Origin: Candidatus Uhrbacteria bacterium
Lineage (GTDB): Bacteria; Patescibacteriota; Patescibacteriia; JACQRZ01
DNA length: 64,000 nt
NCBI GenBank assembly: GCA_016206155.1
Contig: JACQSC010000004.1
Span: forward strand, 7,450 to 71,449
Reading direction: 5' to 3'
In this document: positions 46,542-55,498 of the stretch, in pieces
Layout of the letters: every line of letters starts with the position of its first letter
Position numbering within the stretch: position 1 is the stretch's first letter
Position numbers and translations under genes: made by a program
The notes under the pieces: model-generated
Databases searched by the model: none
Told to the model about the DNA's origin: nothing
Seen by the model: the letters and a program-made list of their open reading frames with translations, nothing else

Positions 46542-46586
46542 AAAGTCGTTCTGTTTGACATCGATGGCGTGCTCCTTGAGCAATAG
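46542..46586 (+). pseudogene. tiny HAD hydrolase remnant
   Basis: Frame reads KVVLFDIDGVLLEQ* (HAD motif I) with no start and immediate stop. Confidence 0.4.
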
Positions 46587-46600
46587 CATTAAAGCGCCCT

Positions 46601-47290
46601 ATGCGAAAAATATATTTTCAATACTGCGTTGTTTTTCTTTGTGGCGCGATTGTTGGCAGTGTCCTCATCACGCGATTGCCAAACAGAGCGGCGCCAGCAC
46701 CCGCGCCGAAACCGTCAATTGAAAAAATAACTTTGCCCATTCAAGCATCCGCAAAACGCATTCCTCAAAAAGATAACGTTTCGACATCGCATCAAGATAT
46801 CAAAAAAAGTACAGTCGCAGCTGCAATAGAATCGACTAAGCCCTTCACGCAAGCCTCCCAATACTTCCATGTAACGAAAGTGATCGATGGCGACACCTTC
46901 GATGTTCTCATTAATGGAACCACCGAACGCATTCGACCAATCGGCATAGACTCTCCCGAAACGGTCGATACAAGAAAAACAGTTGAATGTTTTGGCAAAG
47001 AGGCATCAAAAAAAACAACCGAACTTCTCCTCTATAAAAATGTGCGCCTTGAAAAAGATCCAGCGCAAGAAGACCGAGATATCTATGGGCGGCTCCTTCG
47101 CTATGTCTATCGTGATGACGGCCTTTTTTTCAACCAATGGATGATTGAAAATGGCTATGCGCATGAATATACCTACAAAACGCCTTACGCATTTCAAAAA
47201 AAATTCAAAGATGCGCAAACATCTGCGCGAGAACAGGAAAAAGGACTGTGGACGCCCAATGCATGCGCTCCTTCCGGCGACTTGCCGTAA
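46601..47290 (+). CDS. thermonuclease (SNase-like) family protein
   Basis: VIDGDT, R.IGIDSPE, D.YGRLLRYV, G.W; N-terminal TM. Confidence 0.92.
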   Translation: MRKIYFQYCVVFLCGAIVGSVLITRLPNRAAPAPAPKPSIEKITLPIQASAKRIPQKDNVSTSHQDIKKSTVAAAIESTKPFTQASQYFHVTKVIDGDTFDVLINGTTERIRPIGIDSPETVDTRKTVECFGKEASKKTTELLLYKNVRLEKDPAQEDRDIYGRLLRYVYRDDGLFFNQWMIENGYAHEYTYKTPYAFQKKFKDAQTSAREQEKGLWTPNACAPSGDLP

Positions 47291-47346
47291 ATGGCGAAAT
47301 CAGATAAAATGCCAGCAGTAATTTCATTTTACGTATAGCTTGTTGT

Positions 47347-48777
47347 ATGGCATTCCTAAAAAAAGACCTTCCAAAAAAATCAGAAAATCTCTCCGACTGG
47401 TATAACAATATTGTTCTGCGCGCAGAGCTTGCCGACTATGGTCCGGCAAAGGGAACGATGATCTATCGTCCTTACGGCTTTGCCATCTGGGAGCTGATTC
47501 AAAAGGAAATGGATGCGATGATTAAGGAGAGGGGCGTATCAAACGCCTACTTCCCCCTCTTCATTCCAGAATCGCTACTCAAGAAGGAAGAAGCGCACGT
47601 TGAAGGATTCTCCCCAGAATTGGCTGTTGTCACCATCGGTGGCGGAGAAGAACTCAAAGAAAAACTTATCGTCCGCCCCACCAGCGAAACAATTATGTAC
47701 GATGCATACAGCCGCTGGATTCACTCATGGCGCGACCTTCCATTGATGATCAATCAGTGGAACAACGTGGTTCGCTGGGAAAAAAGAAGCTATCTCTTCT
47801 TGCGCACAACGGAATTTCTCTGGCAAGAAGGCCATACCGCACACGCAACCCATGAAGAAGCATGGGAGATGGTCGAATGGGCGATGAAAATGTACGAGAA
47901 GGTGTATCGCGACCTCTTTGCAATGCCCGGATATATTGGCAGAAAATCCGAGTCGGAAAAATTTGCCGGCGCGGATGTCACACTCACATACGAAGCGCTG
48001 ATGCCGGAGGGCAAAGCATTGCAGTCATGCACGTCGCACGATCTTGGACAAAATTTTTCAAAGCCGTTTGAAATTACCTACCAAAGCGACAAAGGAGTAA
48101 ATGAATATGCGTGGCAAACAAGTTGGGGGCTCTCTACCCGCTCAATCGGCGGCATGATTATGGCCCATGGCGATGATGGCGGTTTGCGACTACCACCACG
48201 GCTTGCGCCAATTCAGGTTATCATTCTTCCGATCAAAGTAAGTGAGGAGTTAATCGCCACCGCAAAAGATATTGGCGACGATTTGAAAAAAGCAGGCATC
48301 AGAACGTTGGTTGATGCGGCGGACAATGAGACCATCGGTTTTCGCATCAATAAATGGGAATTGAAGGGCGTGCCGCTCCGTCTTGAAATTGGCCCAAAAG
48401 AACTCGAGAAGCGCGTCATCACCGTCGTGCGCCGCGATACTGGCGAGAAGACGCAATTACCAATTAAGGGTCTTGAAAAAAGTATTGCCGAAATGCTCGA
48501 TGCAATACAGGCAAATATTTTTGCTGAGGCAGAGCGGTTTCTTAAAGAGAATACGCATGCCACAACAGACTACAAAACATTCAAAGAGGTCATGAAAAAA
48601 TCGCGTGGCTTTATCTCCGCCCCGTGGTGTGAAAACGCGGTGTGTGAGGCGAAAATAAAAGAAGAGACAAAGGCATCAACACGCTGTGTCCCGCTTGACG
48701 GGAGGGAAGAGGACGGCTCGTGCATTGCATGCAACAACCCCGCAAAACTCCGCTGGTACTTTGCGCAAAGCTACTAA
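47347..48777 (+). CDS. proS: proline--tRNA ligase (archaeal/eukaryotic type)
   Basis: RPTSET, QWNNVVRWE, FLRT.EFLWQEGHT, SHDLGQNF, C-terminal Cys domain ending AQSY. Confidence 0.97.
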   Translation: MAFLKKDLPKKSENLSDWYNNIVLRAELADYGPAKGTMIYRPYGFAIWELIQKEMDAMIKERGVSNAYFPLFIPESLLKKEEAHVEGFSPELAVVTIGGGEELKEKLIVRPTSETIMYDAYSRWIHSWRDLPLMINQWNNVVRWEKRSYLFLRTTEFLWQEGHTAHATHEEAWEMVEWAMKMYEKVYRDLFAMPGYIGRKSESEKFAGADVTLTYEALMPEGKALQSCTSHDLGQNFSKPFEITYQSDKGVNEYAWQTSWGLSTRSIGGMIMAHGDDGGLRLPPRLAPIQVIILPIKVSEELIATAKDIGDDLKKAGIRTLVDAADNETIGFRINKWELKGVPLRLEIGPKELEKRVITVVRRDTGEKTQLPIKGLEKSIAEMLDAIQANIFAEAERFLKENTHATTDYKTFKEVMKKSRGFISAPWCENAVCEAKIKEETKASTRCVPLDGREEDGSCIACNNPAKLRWYFAQSY

Positions 48778-48786
48778 CGCAACCAT

Positions 48787-49326
48787 ATGATATACAGTGA
48801 CGATTCGGAGTGGTGGGAAAGTCATATTCTGGCTGTCAACGAAAAAGACACCTACTGGGAAACAACAGACACCTCTGGTCTTGTTTTTTTTATTTTAAAA
48901 AAACATGGCGTCAAGCCGTCTATTGGTGAGACGATCCGTTACTATGGCTCTGGAGCTCCAAATGCAATTCGTGGCGTAGAGATAAACGGAAAACGCTGTT
49001 TCTATGAAACGCCAGAACAATTTGCAGAGCGAATAAAGCCTTCTGTGACCGAAGCGATTCCGCCGCCGACAAGAGAGAATGACACGAATTTCCGAGATTG
49101 TACAATCAAAATTGTACACGATATTGGCTCATATTGGCAGATCAAAGACAATAAAAATTTAACCTATAATCTGCAAAAGGAATTCGGGGTGCAGCCTTTT
49201 CCGGGCGACATCATTCGGTATTACGGCGGATCTGCCATTTATGGCATAGACATCAATGGAAAAAAGATATTTTACGAACCGCTTGGAGATGAAAACGATG
49301 AACCGCGCGAATGGAATTCGCGCTAA
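48787..49326 (+). CDS. hypothetical protein with duplicated ~55-aa domain
   Basis: YW...GVxP..G..IRYYG...I.G..INGK..FYE occurs twice. Confidence 0.65.
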   Translation: MIYSDDSEWWESHILAVNEKDTYWETTDTSGLVFFILKKHGVKPSIGETIRYYGSGAPNAIRGVEINGKRCFYETPEQFAERIKPSVTEAIPPPTRENDTNFRDCTIKIVHDIGSYWQIKDNKNLTYNLQKEFGVQPFPGDIIRYYGGSAIYGIDINGKKIFYEPLGDENDEPREWNSR

Positions 49327-49409
49327 TGAATAGTTGCCAATTTTTAATCGCGATATTGATTCCATGGGACATTGTGATAGAATAGATCCATAAACAATAA
49401 CATGATTCT

Positions 49410-49706
49410 ATGCGCGAAGAATCAATGAATGAAGATCAAGGCGAACGCCAGCTTGAAAAAAATCTCGCTGAGACAGAAAACAGATATCGAAACTTATTTA
49501 GTGAATTAATCCTTCCTCAAATCCTCGCACAGCCAACCACTGCTCAGACAACGCATGACATCGCTCTTGTTTTTGAACAAGCGCTTCCCGCAGATCCAGA
49601 GCTGCGAAATCAGCTTCTCGATGCGCTTGAACAAAGAACCAATCTTGTTGAACACTCAATACTTTTGGCGGCGTACGAATCGTGGAGTACGGGGTGGAAA
49701 AAATAG
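49410..49706 (+). CDS. hypothetical protein
   Basis: 98 aa ORF with TGnTAGAAT upstream. Confidence 0.5.
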   Translation: MREESMNEDQGERQLEKNLAETENRYRNLFSELILPQILAQPTTAQTTHDIALVFEQALPADPELRNQLLDALEQRTNLVEHSILLAAYESWSTGWKK

Positions 49707-49763
49707 AACAACCTATCTTGAGACGCGAACATACAGAAAAAATGATTCGTTAATGCTGAAACT

Positions 49764-50090
49764 ATGTTCAACACAAAGCGGCTTTATGAAGAAAATCCTC
49801 ATCTTCTGACGTGCACCGCAAGTGCGCTGGATGTGATGAATGAAAATGGGGAAACAGTCGTTATTCTTGACCAAACGGTTTTTCAACCGCAGAAAGCCGG
49901 AACAGAGACTGGCGTCGGACTTATTGAATCGGAAACAAAACGCTTTCACGTGAACCGTGTTGAACGGCTCGAGGATTATATTCGCCATCTTGGAGTGTTT
50001 GAGTCTGAACCGTTTGAAGTTGATGAGGTTGTCACATGCATTATCAATGAAGAATTCCGCAAAGAAATTGACGAGAACAGGGTTGATTAA
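49764..50090 (+). CDS. stand-alone AlaX/AlaRS N-terminal beta-barrel-like protein
   Basis: T.RLY, VILDQTVF.P..G...G.I, I.H.G, ends at I.EEFR where the editing domain would begin. Confidence 0.55.
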   Translation: MFNTKRLYEENPHLLTCTASALDVMNENGETVVILDQTVFQPQKAGTETGVGLIESETKRFHVNRVERLEDYIRHLGVFESEPFEVDEVVTCIINEEFRKEIDENRVD

Positions 50091-50106
50091 TAGATATCAG
50101 AGTCGT

Positions 50107-50137
50107 TTCAACGGCTAAGTCGATTTTAGCCATTGAA
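50107..50137. repeat. palindrome related to 12358-12393
   Basis: TTCAACGGCTAA-GTCGATT-TTAGCCATTGAA. Confidence 0.65.
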
Positions 50138-50308
50138 GCAGTGTGCCATTTTAACATTTTGAACTTTCATTTTGATTTATACTTTCAAGAACTCACAAAA
50201 TTGTCTGAAGAATCGTTTCTTTAAGTTATCCACTTCCATTTGTTATACACCAGTGTAATCTTCTACTCGATGAAGTAAGTATGTTTCCCCATGCGCATAC
50301 TTGCAATG

Positions 50309-50336
50309 AAAAAAGCTCCGCGCAAGCGGAGTTTTT
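50309..50336. terminator. bidirectional terminator
   Basis: A-run GCTCCGC-GCAA-GCGGAGT T-run. Confidence 0.7.
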
Positions 50337-50351
50337 ATTATCTTTCATGCT

Positions 50352-52034
50352 TTAATCGGCGACAGAAAACACTTCATCAACGGACGTAATTCCCTCCAAC
50401 GCGCGCAGGAGACCATCCTGAATCATGGTGACCATGCCATTCTTAACCGCGATATCCTGAATCTGATATTCAGAAGATGATTTTGCCAGTATGAGTTGCT
50501 CAATATCAGGGCTCATGACCATGATCTCATAGATACCGATGCGCCCCTTATACCCAAGGCCATGGCAGGTATCACAGCCTTCTGCCTCAAAAAAAATAAG
50601 ATGTTCCATATCAACCTTTACACCGCTTTTTGGCGAAATGGCGAACAACTCTTTTCTGATACGATCGATTGTTTCCCGCTTTGGTACCGCAGATTTTTTA
50701 CAGCTCTGGCACAGACGCCGCACCAAACGCTGTCCGATAATGGCGTTGAGTGATGGCGCAAGCAAGAACTCTCGAACCCCCATGGCAAGGAATCGCGGAA
50801 CCGCGCCCGCGGCGCTGTTCGTGTGAATCGTTGAGAGTACGAGATGCCCGGTGAGCGCCGCGTTGATCGCGGTGTCAGCCGTTTCCAAATCTCTAATTTC
50901 GCCAACCATAATAATATCGGGATCTTGGCGCAGAATCGATCGGAGGCCTGTTGCAAAAGTGTAGCTTTTTGAGGTATCAATTTGACTTTGATTAATTCCT
51001 CCGAGCTTATATTCAATAGGATCCTCAAGGGTGATAATCTTAATCTCGGGCGTATTGAGATAGTTTAAAATCGCATACAGCGTTGTGGTTTTACCAGATC
51101 CGGTCGGTCCGGTCGTAATAACCATGCCGTTTGGCTTATCAACCTGACTCTTGAGAAGCGCGTTGGCATACGGAGACAGCCCCAAGTCCTCAAAGCTTAA
51201 CCCCGCTGCCGTTGAACGCAGGAGACGCATGACAACGCTTTCCCCATACCCTGTAGGAAGCGTTGATACGCGAACCTCCACCTTGTCATTTTTAAAATGA
51301 ATCGTAAACCGTCCGTCCTGAGGCCGATCAATAATATTAATTTTTAGCCCTGCGGTAAGCTTGACGCGCGAAATGAGCTGCTTCCACAAATCAGGAGAAA
51401 GCTCGGCAACGTCATGAAGAATTCCGTCAATGCGCAGGCGCGCTTTAATATCCTTCTCTTCTGCTTCGATGTGAATATCGGACGAACGCGTCGCAAGCGC
51501 AACGGCAACGAGAATGGTGATAATATCTGTAACATTTTTGTCGGCAAGCCTCTCCTTAAGCGTCCGAATGTCGGCATATTCATCACCGTAAAGCTCAAGG
51601 TCTTTTTCTGAAATTTCTACACCGCTTGTCTCTTCCTTTATATGCGGTATTTGCGCATAGAGCTTCAAGGCGGAATCAAGGCTTTCCTTCGTGATAACGT
51701 ATACCGAAATGGTGCTGTGTGTTTTTTTTTGAAGGTTTTCAAAAAATGCCTTGAGGTCTTCGTTGTACGGATCAAGAACGGCGACGCGCTTCTCCTCAAT
51801 TTCTGAAGAAAAGCACACAACACCCAGAGCGCGCGCGTCCTCCTCAGAAATGAGCTCGAGCGCGTTTGAGGGAATCGGCATACCCACAAGGGAAATGTAT
51901 GGCAAACCGGAAGAATAGGCGAGCATCTGCGCTTCTTGCGCTTTTTGCTTAAGAGCAAGGTGCGCCATCTTCTGCTGGAGCCTCTCCTCGGCGCTAGAAA
52001 ACCCTTGCGCTGACGTGATCGTATCATCAGGCAT
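50352..52034 (-). CDS. pilB: type IV pilus assembly ATPase (PilB/GspE family)
   Basis: SDIHIE, PQDGR, GPTGSGKTTT, EDPIE, LRQDPD.I.VGEIRD, TGHLVLSTIH, CxxC pairs. Confidence 0.88.
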   Translation of the reverse strand: MPDDTITSAQGFSSAEERLQQKMAHLALKQKAQEAQMLAYSSGLPYISLVGMPIPSNALELISEEDARALGVVCFSSEIEEKRVAVLDPYNEDLKAFFENLQKKTHSTISVYVITKESLDSALKLYAQIPHIKEETSGVEISEKDLELYGDEYADIRTLKERLADKNVTDIITILVAVALATRSSDIHIEAEEKDIKARLRIDGILHDVAELSPDLWKQLISRVKLTAGLKINIIDRPQDGRFTIHFKNDKVEVRVSTLPTGYGESVVMRLLRSTAAGLSFEDLGLSPYANALLKSQVDKPNGMVITTGPTGSGKTTTLYAILNYLNTPEIKIITLEDPIEYKLGGINQSQIDTSKSYTFATGLRSILRQDPDIIMVGEIRDLETADTAINAALTGHLVLSTIHTNSAAGAVPRFLAMGVREFLLAPSLNAIIGQRLVRRLCQSCKKSAVPKRETIDRIRKELFAISPKSGVKVDMEHLIFFEAEGCDTCHGLGYKGRIGIYEIMVMSPDIEQLILAKSSSEYQIQDIAVKNGMVTMIQDGLLRALEGITSVDEVFSVAD

Positions 52035-52046
52035 ACCAATACCAAA

Positions 52047-52162
52047 AAGAATGAAGAATCAAGAATTAAGAATTAAGAATTAAGAATTAAGAATTAAGAA
52101 TTAAGAATTAAGAGGACCCATGATATGCCTTGCTTCGTAATTCTTACTTCTTAATTCTTCAT
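52047..52162. repeat. (AAGAATT)n heptamer array with inverted arm upstream of pilB
   Basis: 2 variant + 7 perfect AAGAATT units (52047-52109); inverted AATTCTT units at 52133-52162. Confidence 0.9.
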
Positions 52163-52198
52163 GATTGCAATGAATACAAACCATGAGAACAGAGCTTG

Positions 52199-54031
52199 TT
52201 ATTCAGATGATTCGTTCGCCTCTTTTGCAAAGAGTGCATCAAACTCCTCCTTTTCAAGCATTTCCTTCTCTAAGAGTAATTGTACCAGAGATTCAAGCTT
52301 TTCTCTATGGGTATTCAAAATATCTTGAGCTGTGCGCGCCGCCTCTTCTATAAATGCGTTCATCTCCTCATCAATGCGTTCGGCGGTCTTCTCGCTGTAA
52401 TCTCTCTGTTCGGTAATCTCTCGTCCCAAAAATATCATCTCTTCCTTCTCGCCAAACGTGCGCTGTCCAAGCGCGCTCATACCATACTGTGTCACCAGCT
52501 TGCGGGCAATGCGGGTTGCTTTCTTAAGATCATCGCTCGCACCAGTTGTCACGTCGCCAAAAATTGTTTTTTCTGCGGTATATCCGCCAAGAAGCACCGC
52601 GAGTTCCGCCTTAAATTCAGAACGATTCTTGAATATCCTGTCTTCTGTCGGAAGGTTCAACGTGTACCCTGCCGCATGGCCGCGAGAGATGATGGAAATT
52701 TTCTGCACAGGCGGTGCGGCAGGAAGAATATGTGAAACAAGCGCATGGCCACCCTCGTGGTAGGCGGTAATTTTTTTCTCTGCATCAGACATGAGTCGTC
52801 CCTTCCTCTCCGGACCCAAGATAACTTTCTCAATGCTTGAAAGTATGTCGGGCATCGTAATGATGGCGCCATTCTTGCGCGCAACAAGAATCGCCGCCTC
52901 GTTCAAAAGATTGGCAAGATCGGCGCCGGAAAATCCAGGGGTGCGGCTTGCGATACGATTAAAATCTACATCTTGTGCCAGCGGCTTGTTGCGCGCGTGC
53001 ACCTTAAGAATCTCTTCGCGATCCAGAATCATTGGAAGATCAATAATCACCCTGCGATCAAATCTTCCGGGACGCAGAAGCGCGGGATCAAGCACGTCAG
53101 GACGGTTGGTCCCGGCAAGCACAACGACATTATCGGTTGGATCAAACCCATCCATCTCCACAAGAATCTGGTTGAGTGTCTGTTCGCGTTCGTCGTGCGA
53201 TCCGCCAAGACCCGCCCCGCGCTGGCGGCCAATAGCGTCAAGCTCGTCGACAAAAATAATGCACGGAGCATTTTTCTTTGCCTGCGTAAAAAGATCACGA
53301 ACACGCGCGCTCCCGACGCCGACAAACATTTCGATAAATTCAGAACCGGACACGTGAAAGAACGGTACCTCGGCTTCTCCGGCAACAGCTTTTGCGAGCA
53401 GTGTTTTCCCGACTCCCGGCGCACCCATCAACAACACTCCCTTCGGAATCTTTGCGCCAAGATCGTGAAACTTTTTCGGCTGCTTTAAGAACTCAATAAC
53501 CTCTGCAAGCTCCTGCTTTGCCTCTGCCGCACCAGCAACATCGGCAAACGTAATCTTGTTCTTGGTTTCTTTGGGGTCAAATTTTCGCGCGCGGCTTGCG
53601 CCAAATGAGAGAGCGCGCGTATTGGCGCCCTGTACCTGGCGAATCATCAGGAAGACAAAAAAGGCAAGGAGGAGAAAGGGAACAAGGAAAGAAAGAATCG
53701 TGTTAATCCAAAAGTTCTTTGTCTGATCCTCGATCGCCAGCTCTATTTTCCCGGTCTTTTCCGGACTGACATCAAAGTTTTTCAAAAGCGTGCTCAGGGA
53801 TTCGCCGGGCTCCTTGTGGGCAATCTCTTTTTTTCCGTCGGACAGCTCAATTTCCAGCGTCTCGCCTTTGACATCAATTTTTTTCACCTTCTCATCCTTA
53901 ATCTGCGCAATGAGAATCTCAATCCCGACGGTTTCCGGTTTTTGCGGTCCTGCGGTGTAGAGGCTGAAGAACGCTCCGACAGCGATCATCGCGACGAGAA
54001 AAACAATGACGTTTTTTATGATGGGGTTCAC
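52199..54031 (-). CDS. ftsH: ATP-dependent zinc metalloprotease FtsH
   Basis: Two TM helices, [27 protein letters not shown]. Confidence 0.97.
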   Translation of the reverse strand: MNPIIKNVIVFLVAMIAVGAFFSLYTAGPQKPETVGIEILIAQIKDEKVKKIDVKGETLEIELSDGKKEIAHKEPGESLSTLLKNFDVSPEKTGKIELAIEDQTKNFWINTILSFLVPFLLLAFFVFLMIRQVQGANTRALSFGASRARKFDPKETKNKITFADVAGAAEAKQELAEVIEFLKQPKKFHDLGAKIPKGVLLMGAPGVGKTLLAKAVAGEAEVPFFHVSGSEFIEMFVGVGSARVRDLFTQAKKNAPCIIFVDELDAIGRQRGAGLGGSHDEREQTLNQILVEMDGFDPTDNVVVLAGTNRPDVLDPALLRPGRFDRRVIIDLPMILDREEILKVHARNKPLAQDVDFNRIASRTPGFSGADLANLLNEAAILVARKNGAIITMPDILSSIEKVILGPERKGRLMSDAEKKITAYHEGGHALVSHILPAAPPVQKISIISRGHAAGYTLNLPTEDRIFKNRSEFKAELAVLLGGYTAEKTIFGDVTTGASDDLKKATRIARKLVTQYGMSALGQRTFGEKEEMIFLGREITEQRDYSEKTAERIDEEMNAFIEEAARTAQDILNTHREKLESLVQLLLEKEMLEKEEFDALFAKEANESSE

Positions 54032-54036
54032 GAAAG

Positions 54037-54067
54037 TTTCAGATTTACGATTTATGATTTCAAATTT
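54037..54067 (-). repeat. AAATNNN heptamer array at rpsA-ftsH junction
   Basis: + strand TTTCAGA TTTACGA TTTATGA TTTCAAA TTT; spans rpsA stop, ends 5 nt before ftsH GTG. Confidence 0.65.
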
Positions 54068-55289
54068 CCTGGTCGTTTGCCGCCGTTGGTTGTTCGGGAG
54101 CCGGCTCAGCAGTTTCCGTGGGAGTTTTTTCTTCCACTGATTCCTGCGTGTCCGCCGTGGCGGGATTACTGATTCCTGATTCCTCTTTAAACGCTTTGAG
54201 GCTCAATCCAAGACGATGTTCCTCCGGCTCAATGGACACGATACGAAATTCGACCATGTCGCCCTGTGACGCAATGGTTGTGGGATCAACATTCGTTTTC
54301 GTTGAAAGTTCTGACACGTGCGCAAGCCCGTGAATTTCCGGATCCAGCTCGACAAACAAACCGAATGGATTAACTTTTAATACCTTGCCTTTTACGAGCT
54401 GACCGACAGCATAGCGATCCTTCACGTTCTTCCAGGGATCGGGAATAAGATTTTTCATCGAAAGAAATATCTTTGACCCCTCTATTTTAATAATTTGTGC
54501 CTTGATCTTCTGTCCCGAGCGCAGAAACTCTTTTGGATCATCGATGCGTTGCCACGCAATCTCGGAAATATGGACAAGCCCTTCAAGGCCTTGACCGAAC
54601 TCAACAAAGGCGCCGAAATCTGTGATAACAGTTACAACCCCTTCAATATTATCGCTCACCTTGTAGCTAGAGATAACATCTTTCTGGCGCACTTCCCATG
54701 CCGCCTTTTCCGAGACGATGAGCTTCTCTTCTTGCTCATCTGCGTCGATAATTTTTACTTCAAAACTTTCGCCCGTATAAGACTTCAATTTTTCGAGAAT
54801 CTTATTTTTGTCACCACCCTGAATACGCGGATAATGTTCGGGACAGAGTTGAGAAACCGGCATAAAACCGCTTACATTTCCGCACACGACCATGAGGCCA
54901 CCCTTGTTTGCGTCGACGGACTTCACAGTGACAATCTCACCCGATTGGCACAGTTGCCGCAGATGATCCCAGGCCTTTTTATGCCCGGCGCTTCGAAATG
55001 AAAGCTCAAAAAGCCCTCGCTCGTTCTCAAGCTCCAGAACCGTTGCGCTGACTTCATCGCCGAGTTTGAGATTGGAATATTCACCGGATTCATCGACCAG
55101 CTCCATTCCCCGAACAACGCCGGTCGCGACACCGTTGATATCAATCTGCACATCTCCTTTGGAAACTGATAATACCGTTCCGGTAATAATATCGCCGACT
55201 TTCGGAAGCGCGGCGCTGTACTGATCAAGAAGCTCTCTGAACTCTTTTTTACTCTGTTCGTCAGCAAGCTGTTGTGTTGTCGTAGTCAT
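54060..55289 (-). CDS. rpsA: 30S ribosomal protein S1 (four S1 domains)
   Basis: NKGGL, FGAFVE..GLEGLVHISEI, FGLFVEL...GLAHVSEL. Confidence 0.9.
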   Translation of the reverse strand: MTTTTQQLADEQSKKEFRELLDQYSAALPKVGDIITGTVLSVSKGDVQIDINGVATGVVRGMELVDESGEYSNLKLGDEVSATVLELENERGLFELSFRSAGHKKAWDHLRQLCQSGEIVTVKSVDANKGGLMVVCGNVSGFMPVSQLCPEHYPRIQGGDKNKILEKLKSYTGESFEVKIIDADEQEEKLIVSEKAAWEVRQKDVISSYKVSDNIEGVVTVITDFGAFVEFGQGLEGLVHISEIAWQRIDDPKEFLRSGQKIKAQIIKIEGSKIFLSMKNLIPDPWKNVKDRYAVGQLVKGKVLKVNPFGLFVELDPEIHGLAHVSELSTKTNVDPTTIASQGDMVEFRIVSIEPEEHRLGLSLKAFKEESGISNPATADTQESVEEKTPTETAEPAPEQPTAANDQEI

Positions 55290-55317
55290 ATCTTATGAAT
55301 TAATTTATGAATAATGA

Positions 55318-55497
55318 TATTGACCTTCGCCTATTGCGTTAACATGAAAAATGTATGATTTTGAGACAGATCCGCTGCTCTGGAACCGCAAAAAACCACA
55401 GTCGTACTATCAGTACGATGAGGATTTTTTGTGGCGAAGAGCAAGGAGCTGGTCAAAATCATAGGCTTTTCGTTAAGGTAATAGGCGAAGGTCAATA
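55318..55497. other. 180-nt imperfect hairpin filling the hppA-rpsA intergenic region
   Basis: Perfect 18-bp terminal arms plus nested internal stems down to TCGTACT-ATC-AGTACGA. Confidence 0.75.
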
Positions 55498-55498
55498 G

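Noticed and set aside
44444-46586. Prophage or ICE at tRNA-Leu
   Set aside because: No integrase, phage or conjugation genes between or near the att-like repeats.
52047-52162. CRISPR array
   Set aside because: Contiguous 7-mers with no spacers and no cas genes. None of the repeat families in the window has a repeat-spacer structure.
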